Shown: in pieces, positions 54,573-64,000 of the stretch
Layout of the letters: every line of letters starts with the position of its first letter
Position numbering within the stretch: position 1 is the first letter of the stretch
NCBI GenBank assembly: GCA_965226885.1
Contig: CBDDEL010000015.1
Location: 480,001-544,000, forward strand
Direction: 5' to 3'
Length of the DNA: 64,000 nucleotides
Source: Opitutales bacterium
GTDB taxonomy: Bacteria > Verrucomicrobiota > Verrucomicrobiia > Opitutales > UBA2987
Notes under the pieces: model-generated
The model's database searches: none
What the model saw: the letters and a program-made list of their open reading frames with translations, nothing else
What the model was told of the DNA's origin: nothing
Program-made: the position numbers and the translations under genes

Positions 54573-55976
54573 TCATGCCATATAATTGGCCAGTTCCTTG
54601 GTCAAGTAATCGACATTGCGTTTCACGGTGACGTCCTGCTCCATCATGTTGACCACTGTTTTGCAGGCATGGATGACGGTGCCGTGGTCCCTACCGCCAA
54701 AATTTTCCCCGATCTCCTGAAGGCTGTGGTTGGTCAGGTTGCGGCTTAAATACATGGCGATTTGCCGGGGAAAAGCGATATTGCTGGGACGTCTGCGGGT
54801 TATCATGTCGCCCAGGCGTAGTTGGAAAAACTCTACCACTTTTTTCTGTATTTTTTCAATGCTGATCTGATTCTGGGCTTCTTCCTGGAAAGTGTAGTGC
54901 AATAATTTTTCCACGATATCGATATTGAGGTCTTGGTTCATCAAAGTGCCGTAACTAGCAACCTTGATCAGTGCGCCCTCCAGCCTGCGAACATTGCTGG
55001 TGATGCGCTGGGCCAAAAATTGCAGAATTTCATCGGAGATGTTGAAATTCATGGCTTTGGCTTTGTTGCTCAGGATGGCTTGGCGGGTCTCAAGATCTGG
55101 CGCTTGAATATCCGTGACCATGCCCCATTGAAACCGTGAAAGGAGCCGATTTTCCAACTTGGAGATATCGCTGGCGGGGCGGTCGCTGGTCAGGCAAATC
55201 TGCCGCTGCGCCTCGAACAATTCGTTGAAGGTGTGGAAAAACTCTTCCTGAATCCGTTCCTTGCCGGCCAGGAACTGGACGTCGTCAATGAGCAATAGCT
55301 CAATATTGCGGTAAAATTTACGGAAATTGACGAGTGTGTGCTCCTGAATGGCCCGAATAAATTCGTTGGTGAACTTCTCGCAGGAAACATAGACCACCCT
55401 GGCATCCGGGTTATCATCAAAAACGGAGTGCGCGATGGCATGCAGCAGATGGGTTTTGCCCAGGCCGGTATCGGCGTAAAGAAAAAGCGGATTGTATGCT
55501 TTGGCTGGCAGTTTGGCCACCGCCATGCTGGCCGCATGGGCCAGTTGATTGCCGGAACCGACAATAAAATTTTTAAATGTATTTCGCGGGTTTATCAGCG
55601 GGGAACTCGTTTTGCCCCTGTTCGTATTCGGTGCAGTTCGGTTGTTAGAACCCATCCGGCCATCTCTCTCAGGCAATCTTTGGGAAGAGGATGGTTGGGC
55701 CGGTTTCGACTTTTCGGGGCAGCCCTCGACTTTTAATACCACCTCATAGGTTCGGCCGCCAGCCAGTTTAAATTTCTCCTCAATGAGGTCTATATAATTA
55801 TCTTTGATCCATATCTCGGCAAACTCGTTAGGGACGCCCAGCACTATCCTCCCATCTTGCACTTCCAGGCAGCGCAGGTTGGCAAACCAAGCATCAAAAA
55901 TATCACGTTGAAAGAGCGATTTGAATTCTTCCTTTACACTGTACCAAAGGTTTTCTACGGCCGCGCTCTGTGTCAT
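54573..55976 (-). CDS. dnaA: Chromosomal replication initiator DnaA
   Basis: YNPLFLY, GLGKTHL, LLIDDVQF, QEEFFHTFN, NVRRLEGAL, RQIAMYL, GGRDHGTV. Confidence 0.97.
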   Translation of the reverse strand: MTQSAAVENLWYSVKEEFKSLFQRDIFDAWFANLRCLEVQDGRIVLGVPNEFAEIWIKDNYIDLIEEKFKLAGGRTYEVVLKVEGCPEKSKPAQPSSSQRLPERDGRMGSNNRTAPNTNRGKTSSPLINPRNTFKNFIVGSGNQLAHAASMAVAKLPAKAYNPLFLYADTGLGKTHLLHAIAHSVFDDNPDARVVYVSCEKFTNEFIRAIQEHTLVNFRKFYRNIELLLIDDVQFLAGKERIQEEFFHTFNELFEAQRQICLTSDRPASDISKLENRLLSRFQWGMVTDIQAPDLETRQAILSNKAKAMNFNISDEILQFLAQRITSNVRRLEGALIKVASYGTLMNQDLNIDIVEKLLHYTFQEEAQNQISIEKIQKKVVEFFQLRLGDMITRRRPSNIAFPRQIAMYLSRNLTNHSLQEIGENFGGRDHGTVIHACKTVVNMMEQDVTVKRNVDYLTKELANYMA

Positions 55977-56558
55977 ATTGGCAATAAATCATAAAATTAT
56001 TCATATTGGGGAACTATACAACATATTGGGGAACTATACAACTGAACCCACAATTAATATTATCAATACTCTACCCATAAACGATTCAAAATTCTCTTCA
56101 GAGGGGTGATTGACAATGGAATGAATAATTTTCAGATACCTAATTTAATTTTTAAAATATTATTGATTAACGGATTATAAAACTAGCAGACAGTAGGGTG
56201 AAAAAAAAGGATGGACCAAGGGGGTTGCCATTATTTCCCATTTCAAACCTTCACCGGCCAGCGGTTTATTCATAATTTCTAAAGATTTCTTCTTTTCAAG
56301 TTCAACTTTTTAACAACTTGTTCACACCGGCGGTGATGATAACATTTAGGTGGATTTTCCTGCCGTGAGCAGTTGATCGAAAAAATTGCGCAACAGCCTT
56401 GTGACAAGGCATTCCAGTATAAATTCGGTTAGGGTGTTAATGGTTTCGGGATAAAACCGATACGTATTTTTCCACTAAAATTATTAACTTGGCAACCCTT
56501 GATATGGAGATTTGCAATTTTTTTTCCGCGGTTGGCTGAAGACCTTTTTCCAGGCCGC

Positions 56559-57518
56559 TTAACTGCGCTTCATAAATGAAATCAGGCGGTCGTTGAACTC
56601 CTGGGCTGAATCGTGGCCGGGTGCACGCAGCGCCTGCTCCATGGTGGCCACTTCCACCAGGCGGGCAAGGTCGCGCCCCGGGCGCACCGGCAATTCGATA
56701 TGGGGCACCTTGATGCCGAGGATTTCAAAAAAATTGCGTTACAATCCAGTACGATCCTCATCCATGCCGGGCGCCCATTCGGAGAAAGTCACCACCAGGT
56801 CCACCCGTTTTTCCAGGCGTACGGCCCGTATGCCGAACAGTTCCGCCACATTTATAATGCCCAGCCCGCGGCATTCCATGTAACTGCGGTTGAGCTCCGA
56901 GCTGGTGGCCATCAGCTAGCGCTCGTTGAGCAGGCGCACGGCCACGACATCGTCTGCCACCAGGCTGTGCCCGTGTTCGAGCAGGGCCAGGGCGCACTCG
57001 CTCTTGCCAATGCCGCTGCCTCCGCGAATGAGAGTGCCGATACCTCGAACATCCATCATGGTGCCGTGGAGGGTGACTCGTGGGGCAAATTTTTCTTCCA
57101 AAAGAATAACGGCCGTGGTCGTAAAATCCCTTGAAGTCAAGGGCGAGCGCATGAGGGGAATATTGCGTTTTTTGGCGATTTCCAGCATTGGGCCGGTGGG
57201 CAGCAAATTGCGTGATACAATTATGCAGGGTATTTGGCGATCGGCCACTTCGTGCAATACCTGGTCTTGCTTTTTTTTGCTGAGATCCCGCATATAGCTC
57301 ATTTCACCGGCTCCGAATAACTGTATCCTCTTGGCTGCAAAATATTTATAATACCCGGTTAACACCAGCGAAGGGCGATTGACACTTTTGTCCCGGATGC
57401 GGCCCGACATTCCCTTTTCGCCCGTCAGAAGGCGCAGTTTGAGGATTTCCCGGAAGGAATCGTAAAATTCCTGGACGGTTATGCTGTCGATAAATTTTGG
57501 GGCTGATTTCGGAGGCAT
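56559..57518 (-). pseudogene. hprK: HPr kinase/phosphorylase with an internal TAG
   Basis: GGSGIGKSE, LVADD; after TAG at 56916-56918 the same frame continues [23 protein letters not shown]...[12 protein letters not shown] (320 codons in total). Confidence 0.88.
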
Positions 57519-57538
57519 GGCGTTAAAGGTGGACTATG

Positions 57539-58276
57539 CTAGAGGTTGAATTTTTCGCCCAGATAAAGGCGGCGGCTCTGGGCATCGTTGAGGAGGAAGT
57601 CGCTCGAACCTTCGCACAGTACGCTGCCATCGTGCATGAGGTAGGCCCGATCCACGATTTCCAGGATTTCCCGTACGCTGTGGTCGGTTATGAGCACCCC
57701 GATGCCTTTTTTGGCGAGGGTTCCAATTATGGCCTGTACTTCGTTCACGCTGATTGGGTCGATATTGGCAAAAGGCTCATCCATGAGAAGAAAACGCGGT
57801 TTGGTGACCAGCGCCCGCGATATTTCAAGGCGGCGCTGTTCCCCCCCGCTTAGAGTATAGGCCTTCTGCCTGGCCAACGGGGTGAGGTTGAGTTCGTTCA
57901 GATGCTCTTCGACCGTCTCGGACCGCTCCCGGCGGTTCAAGGGGAGAGTTTCAGCCACTGCCCGGATATTCTCTTCAACCGTTAGTTTGGCGAATACGGA
58001 GTGTTCCTGTGGAAGATAGCCGATGCCCATGCGAGCTCGTTTATACATCGGGACGCGGGTAATATCACGCCCATCTAGCCACACCGCTCCACCCGTGGAT
58101 TCGAGCAAGCCGACAATGATGTAAAACGAGGTCGTCTTGCCAGCGCCATTGGGCCCCAGCAAACCGACCACTTCGCCGCTCTTCACTTCCAGATCGACTT
58201 TATTGAGGACGCGCCGACGGCCAAAATCTTTAATCAGACCTTCCGCATTAATGGTTGCTACACCGTTTTCCATCAT
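57539..58276 (-). CDS. lptB: LPS export ABC ATPase
   Basis: GPNGAGKTT, GIGYLPQE, LSGGEQRRLEI, MDEPFA, ITDHSVRE. Confidence 0.95.
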   Translation of the reverse strand: MMENGVATINAEGLIKDFGRRRVLNKVDLEVKSGEVVGLLGPNGAGKTTSFYIIVGLLESTGGAVWLDGRDITRVPMYKRARMGIGYLPQEHSVFAKLTVEENIRAVAETLPLNRRERSETVEEHLNELNLTPLARQKAYTLSGGEQRRLEISRALVTKPRFLLMDEPFANIDPISVNEVQAIIGTLAKKGIGVLITDHSVREILEIVDRAYLMHDGSVLCEGSSDFLLNDAQSRRLYLGEKFNL

Positions 58277-58902
58277 TCACCCACCGCTTCTTTGTTTTCC
58301 TTTTCCTCTACCTCTTCGAACCCAAGATCGGGCAAGGCGCCACCGCCCAATGTTATGGTGGGCCGCTCTCTATCGGCCTCGCTCGCCTGCTTATCGGGAT
58401 TTGGAAGCACAGTAACCTGGCGTTCGCCCTTGTTCAAAACGATTTGCCACCCGGATATTTCAGTTTCACCGTCAACGACTCGGGGTGAGTCACTGAGAAC
58501 GACCTTGCCTTCCCTGGGCAGGACTTCCGCCCGCCCGGCGTAGGCGATGCGCCCGGTCTGGAATATTTCAACATTTCCGGTGGCCACAATACTTTCGATG
58601 GCTCCTATCTCTCCTACCGTTGCGTCGGGATCGTTTTCCTGGTTTTCACGCAGGGCGATAATTTCCATGCGGTCGCTTTTAACGACCAGGTTGGTTGCCT
58701 CCACCTGGACGTTTTGATCGAAGTAAAAATAATTCTTATCCTCTGTGCTTTTCATCTGCAAATGATCGCTGACAATCACGGTGGTTTCTGCCGGTTGAGC
58801 GGATTCCTCGGCCCCGGGTAAAGACAGCGGCAACAGTAACAAGGCAAAAATCAGCGCGAAGGACGGCTTGATCGAGAGAACGTTCATAAAATTCCCCCTC
58901 AC
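58273..58902 (-). CDS. lptA: LptA/OstA-family periplasmic protein
   Basis: Signal peptide, beta-jellyroll (IVATGNVEI, AGRAE); lies between lptC and lptB. Confidence 0.8.
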   Translation of the reverse strand: MRGNFMNVLSIKPSFALIFALLLLPLSLPGAEESAQPAETTVIVSDHLQMKSTEDKNYFYFDQNVQVEATNLVVKSDRMEIIALRENQENDPDATVGEIGAIESIVATGNVEIFQTGRIAYAGRAEVLPREGKVVLSDSPRVVDGETEISGWQIVLNKGERQVTVLPNPDKQASEADRERPTITLGGGALPDLGFEEVEEKENKEAVGE

Positions 58903-59423
58903 TTCAGAATCCCCGCCAATCCTTGCCGGAAAGACACGCGCACATTTTTATCGACGGTGATGGTACGGGAGCCGCCCGTCCATTTCCAATCCTCCCCCTC
59001 GATCTGAAACTGATTGCCGGTAATTTTAATTTCCGACTTCCCCAAGGCCTGGCTTTGGCTGACCAGCATGGTGGCGGCAGGGCTTTCTATGGTGGTGTGG
59101 ACTTTAAGGTCCGCCTTGCCGGAAAAAAGACGCAGTTCCATGCCGACTACATCAATCCTTTCATCATTGACATAGCGCCCCTCGCGCCCACGCAGCTCCC
59201 AGATTTTATAACCATTTTGGCCGAACATAGGGAGCTTGAAATCAAGAACCGGCGCATCCGGCGCCAGACGGGCCTCCAAAACATTCACGCCAACCGGAGA
59301 ATGAGGGAAAATCAAAACCGAAATGGCCATGAGGAATGTATAGAAAAATACATAACACTCGTGCCCATGACGACTGGAAGCATCCTTCAAACCCTGGAAT
59401 TCATCTCCGCTTTCTATCGCCAT
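58899..59423 (-). CDS. lptC: LptC-like protein
   Basis: N-terminal TM, beta-rich periplasmic domain, operon position. Confidence 0.7.
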   Translation of the reverse strand: MAIESGDEFQGLKDASSRHGHECYVFFYTFLMAISVLIFPHSPVGVNVLEARLAPDAPVLDFKLPMFGQNGYKIWELRGREGRYVNDERIDVVGMELRLFSGKADLKVHTTIESPAATMLVSQSQALGKSEIKITGNQFQIEGEDWKWTGGSRTITVDKNVRVSFRQGLAGILK

Positions 59424-59555
59424 ATTTTCAGCCTAGGAAATTCAGGGGCAGTGATTCAATGAATAAAAAATAATTTGCGCCTTTCCCGGCAACAATCACC
59501 GCCTAATCGAATCCATCCGACCATGCCCCGTTAATGAAAGATTAATTGCAATTTT

Positions 59556-60809
59556 TCAAGTTCGACAGGATTGAGACTCAGGCCGATCCGCTTCCAGCGC
59601 ATCGCAGAATTGGTTGCAGAGGGTTTGTTTAGTGAATTCCTGCTGGATGGCGGCTTGGCCGCGTTGGCCGATTGCGGCCAATTCGTCCGGTTTCATTTCT
59701 AGGCAATGGTTGAGGATTTTGACGAATTTACCTACATCGGAGTGGTTGACGTGCCATCCGCAGTCGTGCCGCTGGAGGATGTCGGCGATGTGGCTGGGTT
59801 TGGGACCGAGATAGAGAAATGGTTTGCCCAGGGCCATAGCCCCGTAAAATTTGCAGGGATGGTTGCAACCGGTCATGCGTTTACCCAGGGCGACCAGGTG
59901 CAGGTCCGCTGCGGATAGTGAATATTTGATCCGGTCCAGAGGTTGGTAGGGTAAGGAAATGACATTGGGCGGATTATTGTGGGCGATGAAATTATCGATG
60001 TCTGTTTTCCCGTTTCCGCCGCCAATAAAGAAAAATACCGCCTTGGGATTATCGAGATAATGTCGGGACGCTTCCAGAAAGGTGGTCAATGGATGGCATA
60101 GGCTGTGGTTCCCGCTGTACATGACGACGAATTTACCCTCCAGTCCATATTTCTGGCGAAAGGGATTTTCACTGTGAGGAATAGCATTTAAATGCTCATT
60201 GAGGGGCCAGGTCGGAATGATGGAGAGTCGGCCCTTGGGCCGGATTTTTCGGGTCAATCGTTCCTTCATGAAACGGTCGAGCGCGATAACGTCGTCCGCG
60301 TTGGAGAGGATGCGGCGGTTGAGCCAGTCAAATAGCTTCACCGGCAAACTGTCGGGTTTGAACATACACATTTGCACGGCCTGGTCCGGGTTCAGGTCCA
60401 GAACCCACCATTTGATGGAAACGGCTCGAAAAAGGCGGATCAAAAGCGCCGTCGCACTGCCCATGGGCGGTGAGGTGGTAACTAGTACGGCTCGCAGGTT
60501 TTTGAGAAACAAGCCGCTAAAAAAGCATTGTTTTAAAAACAAAACCTGTCCCAGCAACCGAAGCGGAATGCTCTTTTTACCGAAGGATGAAAATGGAAAC
60601 CGTCGTATTTCAACACCGTTGAGAACTTCCCGTGAAGGAAATTTACGGGCGGGATCATCGTAGCCGCAGTTGGCTGTGTAAACCTTTACCCTCCAGCCTC
60701 TTAGTGCCATTTCCATGGCAACGTCCGCGATATACTGGCCACCGCCCGCAGGATCGGGTAAATACACCTGCGTGATGACCAGAAGGGTTTTGGGCGTTTG
60801 CTTGCTCAT
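59556..60809 (-). CDS. Glycosyltransferase family 4 (WbuB/WcaI-like)
   Basis: QVYLPD, TTSPP, DLNPD, VMYSGN, PCKFYGAMALGKP. Confidence 0.9.
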   Translation of the reverse strand: MSKQTPKTLLVITQVYLPDPAGGGQYIADVAMEMALRGWRVKVYTANCGYDDPARKFPSREVLNGVEIRRFPFSSFGKKSIPLRLLGQVLFLKQCFFSGLFLKNLRAVLVTTSPPMGSATALLIRLFRAVSIKWWVLDLNPDQAVQMCMFKPDSLPVKLFDWLNRRILSNADDVIALDRFMKERLTRKIRPKGRLSIIPTWPLNEHLNAIPHSENPFRQKYGLEGKFVVMYSGNHSLCHPLTTFLEASRHYLDNPKAVFFFIGGGNGKTDIDNFIAHNNPPNVISLPYQPLDRIKYSLSAADLHLVALGKRMTGCNHPCKFYGAMALGKPFLYLGPKPSHIADILQRHDCGWHVNHSDVGKFVKILNHCLEMKPDELAAIGQRGQAAIQQEFTKQTLCNQFCDALEADRPESQSCRT

Positions 60810-61016
60810 GGTATCTTCAACTTTTCCATCGAATCGAATGGAAGGTTGCTGGTTTAAAGCATTTTGAGCAATCCGAATCCGGCAAATAGACCCGCCTAGG
60901 CCACAAATAAAGTATTGGACGAGAGGGAGAAAAATCTTTAGCCTCGCCTCCTTTTCAAATTAAAGAAGCTATTTATAGCTGCTAAAATCAGTCAAAAGGA
61001 CATAGAAAACAACTGA

Positions 61017-61530
61017 ATGGAACGCCTCCATTCATACTGGAGAATGGAGTATGTCAAAGCCCCCAAGGAAGACGAGGGCTTCCAAGACCTGTTCTCAACA
61101 CTGCATCAAACCGAAAATGACAAGGACGCTCTCATTCTATGGCGAAGTTCGTTCAATTATTTGGTGCTCAACAAGTTTCCCTATAATCCCGGGCATTTGC
61201 TGGCCGTCCCCTATCGGAGCGCGGCCAATCTCGATGATTTAAGCGAAGAGGAGAGCAGCGACCTCATGGGCACAATTACAAAAGGCAAGCAAATCGTAGA
61301 AAAAGCCTTCCAGCCGGACGGTTTCAATATCGGCTTCAATTTCGGCTGTGCGGCCGGCGCCGGCATAACCACCCGGCTGTGCGGCCGGCGCCGGCATAAC
61401 CACCCATTTGCATTGCCACATCGTTCCACGCTGGGGTGGGGACACCAATTTCATGCCGGTGATCGGGGAAACCCGCGTCCTCCCCCAGGCATTGATCGAA
61501 ACCTGGGAAATCCTAAAAAAACATTGTTGA
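61017..61530 (+). pseudogene. HIT-family (Ap4A/Fhit-like) hydrolase, frameshifted
   Basis: WRMEY, LNKFPYNPGHL, GFNIGFN. A 31-bp duplication at 61343-61404 shifts [19 protein letters not shown] out of frame; removal gives a 160-aa ORF. Confidence 0.9.
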
Positions 61531-61569
61531 TATTCTACCCTGCAAAAACCTTCGTCCACCGCCCTATGG

Positions 61570-62592
61570 ATGGGCGAAAGAGCATTGCCTGAAATTATGC
61601 CCGAAAAGACTTTTCAATTTCCACACCCGCGCCTTTTACACGATCTCTACTGTGGCGTGTGGCGTGGCAAGGAAGAAAACCTGGCGGAAGTGGAAAAAGC
61701 CCTCTCCGTCAAATTGGTCACGCGGGAGGATTGGCTGCAGGTGGAGGGCGATGAAGAAGCCATCGATAAAGTGGAGGCTCTTTTTAACAACCTACGCCAT
61801 GGCCGCTCCCACGGGATGGTGGTCAACAACACGGATTTCCAGAATTTATTACGGGCGGTGGCCAACGGGAACTGTAAGCAAATAGTGAGCCTTTACGAAA
61901 AGCCGCTCGTTATTCAGGTTAAAAACCGCAGCATCGTGCCCCGCTCGATCAACCAGAAAAAGTATCTGCAAGCCATCGGTAAAAAAGATGTCGTATTCGG
62001 CATCGGACCGGCCGGCACCGGCAAAACCTATCTAGCCATGGCAATGGCAATCAAGGCCCTCCTGAAAGAGGAAGTAGATAAAGTGATTCTGACTCGGCCG
62101 GCGGTCGAAGCGGGTGAAGCCCTCGGTTTTTTGCCCGGCGACCTGATGGAAAAGATCGAGCCTTACCTGCGGCCGCTTTACGATGCTATGTACGATATTT
62201 TGGGCCGCGAGAGGTCGGTAAAATTGATGGAGCGGGAGATCATCGAAATAGCCCCTCTGGCCTATATGCGGGGCCGCACCTTATCGAACGCTTTCATCAT
62301 ATTGGATGAAGCCCAGAATACCACGCCCGAACAGATGATGATGTTCCTGACTCGCATGGGTGATGGCAGCCGGATGGTCATCACCGGGGACATCACCCAG
62401 GTGGACCTGCCTTCACGCATCAGTTCGGGTCTTAATCAGGCTATCAGGGTATTGAATGGGGTTAAGGACATCTCATTTGTCTATCTCGAGTGTCAGGATG
62501 TGGTGCGGCATCACATCGTCCAAAATATCATCGAGGCCTACCAGCGTTTCACGGACCAAAGAGAACGAAAAAGCAGGCAGGAGGCCAAATAA
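61570..62592 (+). CDS. phoH: PhoH-family ATPase; start may be 61597
   Basis: GPAGTGKT, RPAVEAGE.LGFLPG, YMRGRT, DEAQN, GDITQVDL. Confidence 0.95.
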   Translation: MGERALPEIMPEKTFQFPHPRLLHDLYCGVWRGKEENLAEVEKALSVKLVTREDWLQVEGDEEAIDKVEALFNNLRHGRSHGMVVNNTDFQNLLRAVANGNCKQIVSLYEKPLVIQVKNRSIVPRSINQKKYLQAIGKKDVVFGIGPAGTGKTYLAMAMAIKALLKEEVDKVILTRPAVEAGEALGFLPGDLMEKIEPYLRPLYDAMYDILGRERSVKLMEREIIEIAPLAYMRGRTLSNAFIILDEAQNTTPEQMMMFLTRMGDGSRMVITGDITQVDLPSRISSGLNQAIRVLNGVKDISFVYLECQDVVRHHIVQNIIEAYQRFTDQRERKSRQEAK

Positions 62593-62637
62593 AAGGCAAA
62601 GGCCTAATATCTGATTTAATAAATCGAATATCCCGCC

Positions 62638-64000
62638 ATGGGAATACTTAAGAAGTCAAAAAAGGAGAAATCCTCCGCCACCCGCCGGAAAAGGAAAAAC
62701 GGGCAGGAAACCATTGTCCGGCAATTGCTGAACCCCGGTCGGATGCTTTTCGTATTTTCCTTTTTGGGGTTAACCGCGCTGGTTGCCTCAATCGGTTTCG
62801 TTGGCTTGTCTCCAGCGGGGCCCAACATCCTGCCCAATCAGGTGACGAAAATCCGGGTCGTGGCGGAGGTTCCGTTTTCCTACCAAAGCAAAATTTTAAC
62901 CGACCAACTGATTGAAGAACGGCGCAGACGCTTGCCCCCGGTTTACAGGCTCAGCCTGGTTTCTTATCAGCGGTTCGAAAATTACGTGAGCAGACTACAG
63001 GAAGCCTTCGTCGATCTGGAAAAAAAGATCAAGGCGGTGGATACGGCGGAAAGAGTGGGCCTGATCCGGAGTTTTGCCAATGAGTTCGAATTGGGTTCCG
63101 GCTACAATCTGAATAGCGAAAACGTGGCCCTTATCCTCAATGAAATCGATACCCGGCTACGACCGCGTATGATTGATGAAGGGCTCATGATTTTGCATCA
63201 AATTTACCGCGAAGGCGTTTACGACTCCAATAATGAGGATATCCCCATCGGGTCGGATAGTTTGATCCGATTGAATATTTTCAACGAAACGGGTGAACTT
63301 ACCCCTGTCAACGTGCAGTCGGAAGAGGATGCCCTGAGGTTTTTGCGCATCAATATGTCGGCCCTGGAGATTCCCCGTGAAGCGTCGGCGGCACTTTTCC
63401 ATATAATGCGAAACGGCCTCGCCCCGAACCTGGAATTCGATCCGGTGAAAACCGAAGATAAGCGCCGCCAGGTGGAAAACGAAATCGCCCCCGTGGTTGT
63501 CAAGGTGGCCGAGGGGCATACCATTATCGAGCCGAACACCAAGGTGCGAGCGCTGGAGTTGGAACAACTGAACGCCTACCGCGAAAGCCTCAAAAACAAC
63601 GAGGACCGGGCGCTAGGCGTCGATCCGCTTTTTTGGGAGCGGGTTTTAATGACCATCGTGATTCTCGTATCCGCCGCCATCTATATAAAAATCGGAAGCC
63701 GCCAATTGCGCCGGCATAAACAGCGCGTTCTCCTCTCGGTAACGGTTCTGCTGTTGAACCTGCTTTTTCTCCGGTTGGTTATCGAACTGGACTTTCTGTC
63801 TGCCACCAAGCCCTCCCTGACCGCGCTTCTGCCCTTTATTGCTCCGACGGCGCTGGGTCCCATCCTGACCGCGGTTCTCATCGGAACCGGTCCCGGGATA
63901 TTCCTGGCCGTTCTCATAAGCCTGTTTTATGCCATCATGCAGGGTAATTCGATGTCCCTGTTGCTGGTCAGTTTCCTCTCCTCATTGCTCGGGATCTATT
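62638..64000 (+). CDS. 7TM-HD (HDIG, PgpH/YqfF-like) membrane phosphohydrolase; partial, runs off the window end
   Basis: Open frame from ATG 62638: basic N-terminus, TM, extracellular domain (PNLEFDP...VAEGHTII), then several TM segments; usual position after phoH. The HD domain is outside the window. Confidence 0.7.
   Translation, partial: MGILKKSKKEKSSATRRKRKNGQETIVRQLLNPGRMLFVFSFLGLTALVASIGFVGLSPAGPNILPNQVTKIRVVAEVPFSYQSKILTDQLIEERRRRLPPVYRLSLVSYQRFENYVSRLQEAFVDLEKKIKAVDTAERVGLIRSFANEFELGSGYNLNSENVALILNEIDTRLRPRMIDEGLMILHQIYREGVYDSNNEDIPIGSDSLIRLNIFNETGELTPVNVQSEEDALRFLRINMSALEIPREASAALFHIMRNGLAPNLEFDPVKTEDKRRQVENEIAPVVVKVAEGHTIIEPNTKVRALELEQLNAYRESLKNNEDRALGVDPLFWERVLMTIVILVSAAIYIKIGSRQLRRHKQRVLLSVTVLLLNLLFLRLVIELDFLSATKPSLTALLPFIAPTALGPILTAVLIGTGPGIFLAVLISLFYAIMQGNSMSLLLVSFLSSLLGIY

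Overview
Bacterial chromosomal window, most likely Verrucomicrobiota and probably Opitutales. This is an inference from the RpoD N-terminus, the lptC-lptA-lptB-hprK-dnaA order and a PTS-EIIA/diadenylate-cyclase fusion. The core genes are intact: gcvT/H, lgt, gltB, queG, nuoA, dnaG-rpoD, tatA, ligA, dnaA, lptCAB and phoH. They are mixed with heavy IS activity: a nested IS1/IS3/IS21 block, a second IS1, an IS5-like element inside a histidine kinase, and three IS1380 copies of which two are stacked at the stop codon of the third. About eight non-IS genes are broken. The most unusual signal is at least nine perfect, two-copy tandem duplications of 10-31 bp of non-repetitive sequence with 0-2 nt junction microhomology. 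Four cause frameshifts (tatT, istA, a histidine kinase, a HIT hydrolase), two are in frame, and three lie upstream of gltB, nfeD and dnaA. Other candidates: an EIIA-DacZ-type c-di-AMP synthase with a PgpH-like gene in the same window, a Cys-less thiolase + DUF35 acyl-CoA module, a degenerate heptamer palindromic intergenic repeat family, a pseudoknot candidate upstream of gltB, and an unannotated 47-aa membrane protein. No rRNA, tRNA or CRISPR array was recognised. All family calls are from motif recognition; no database searches were run.
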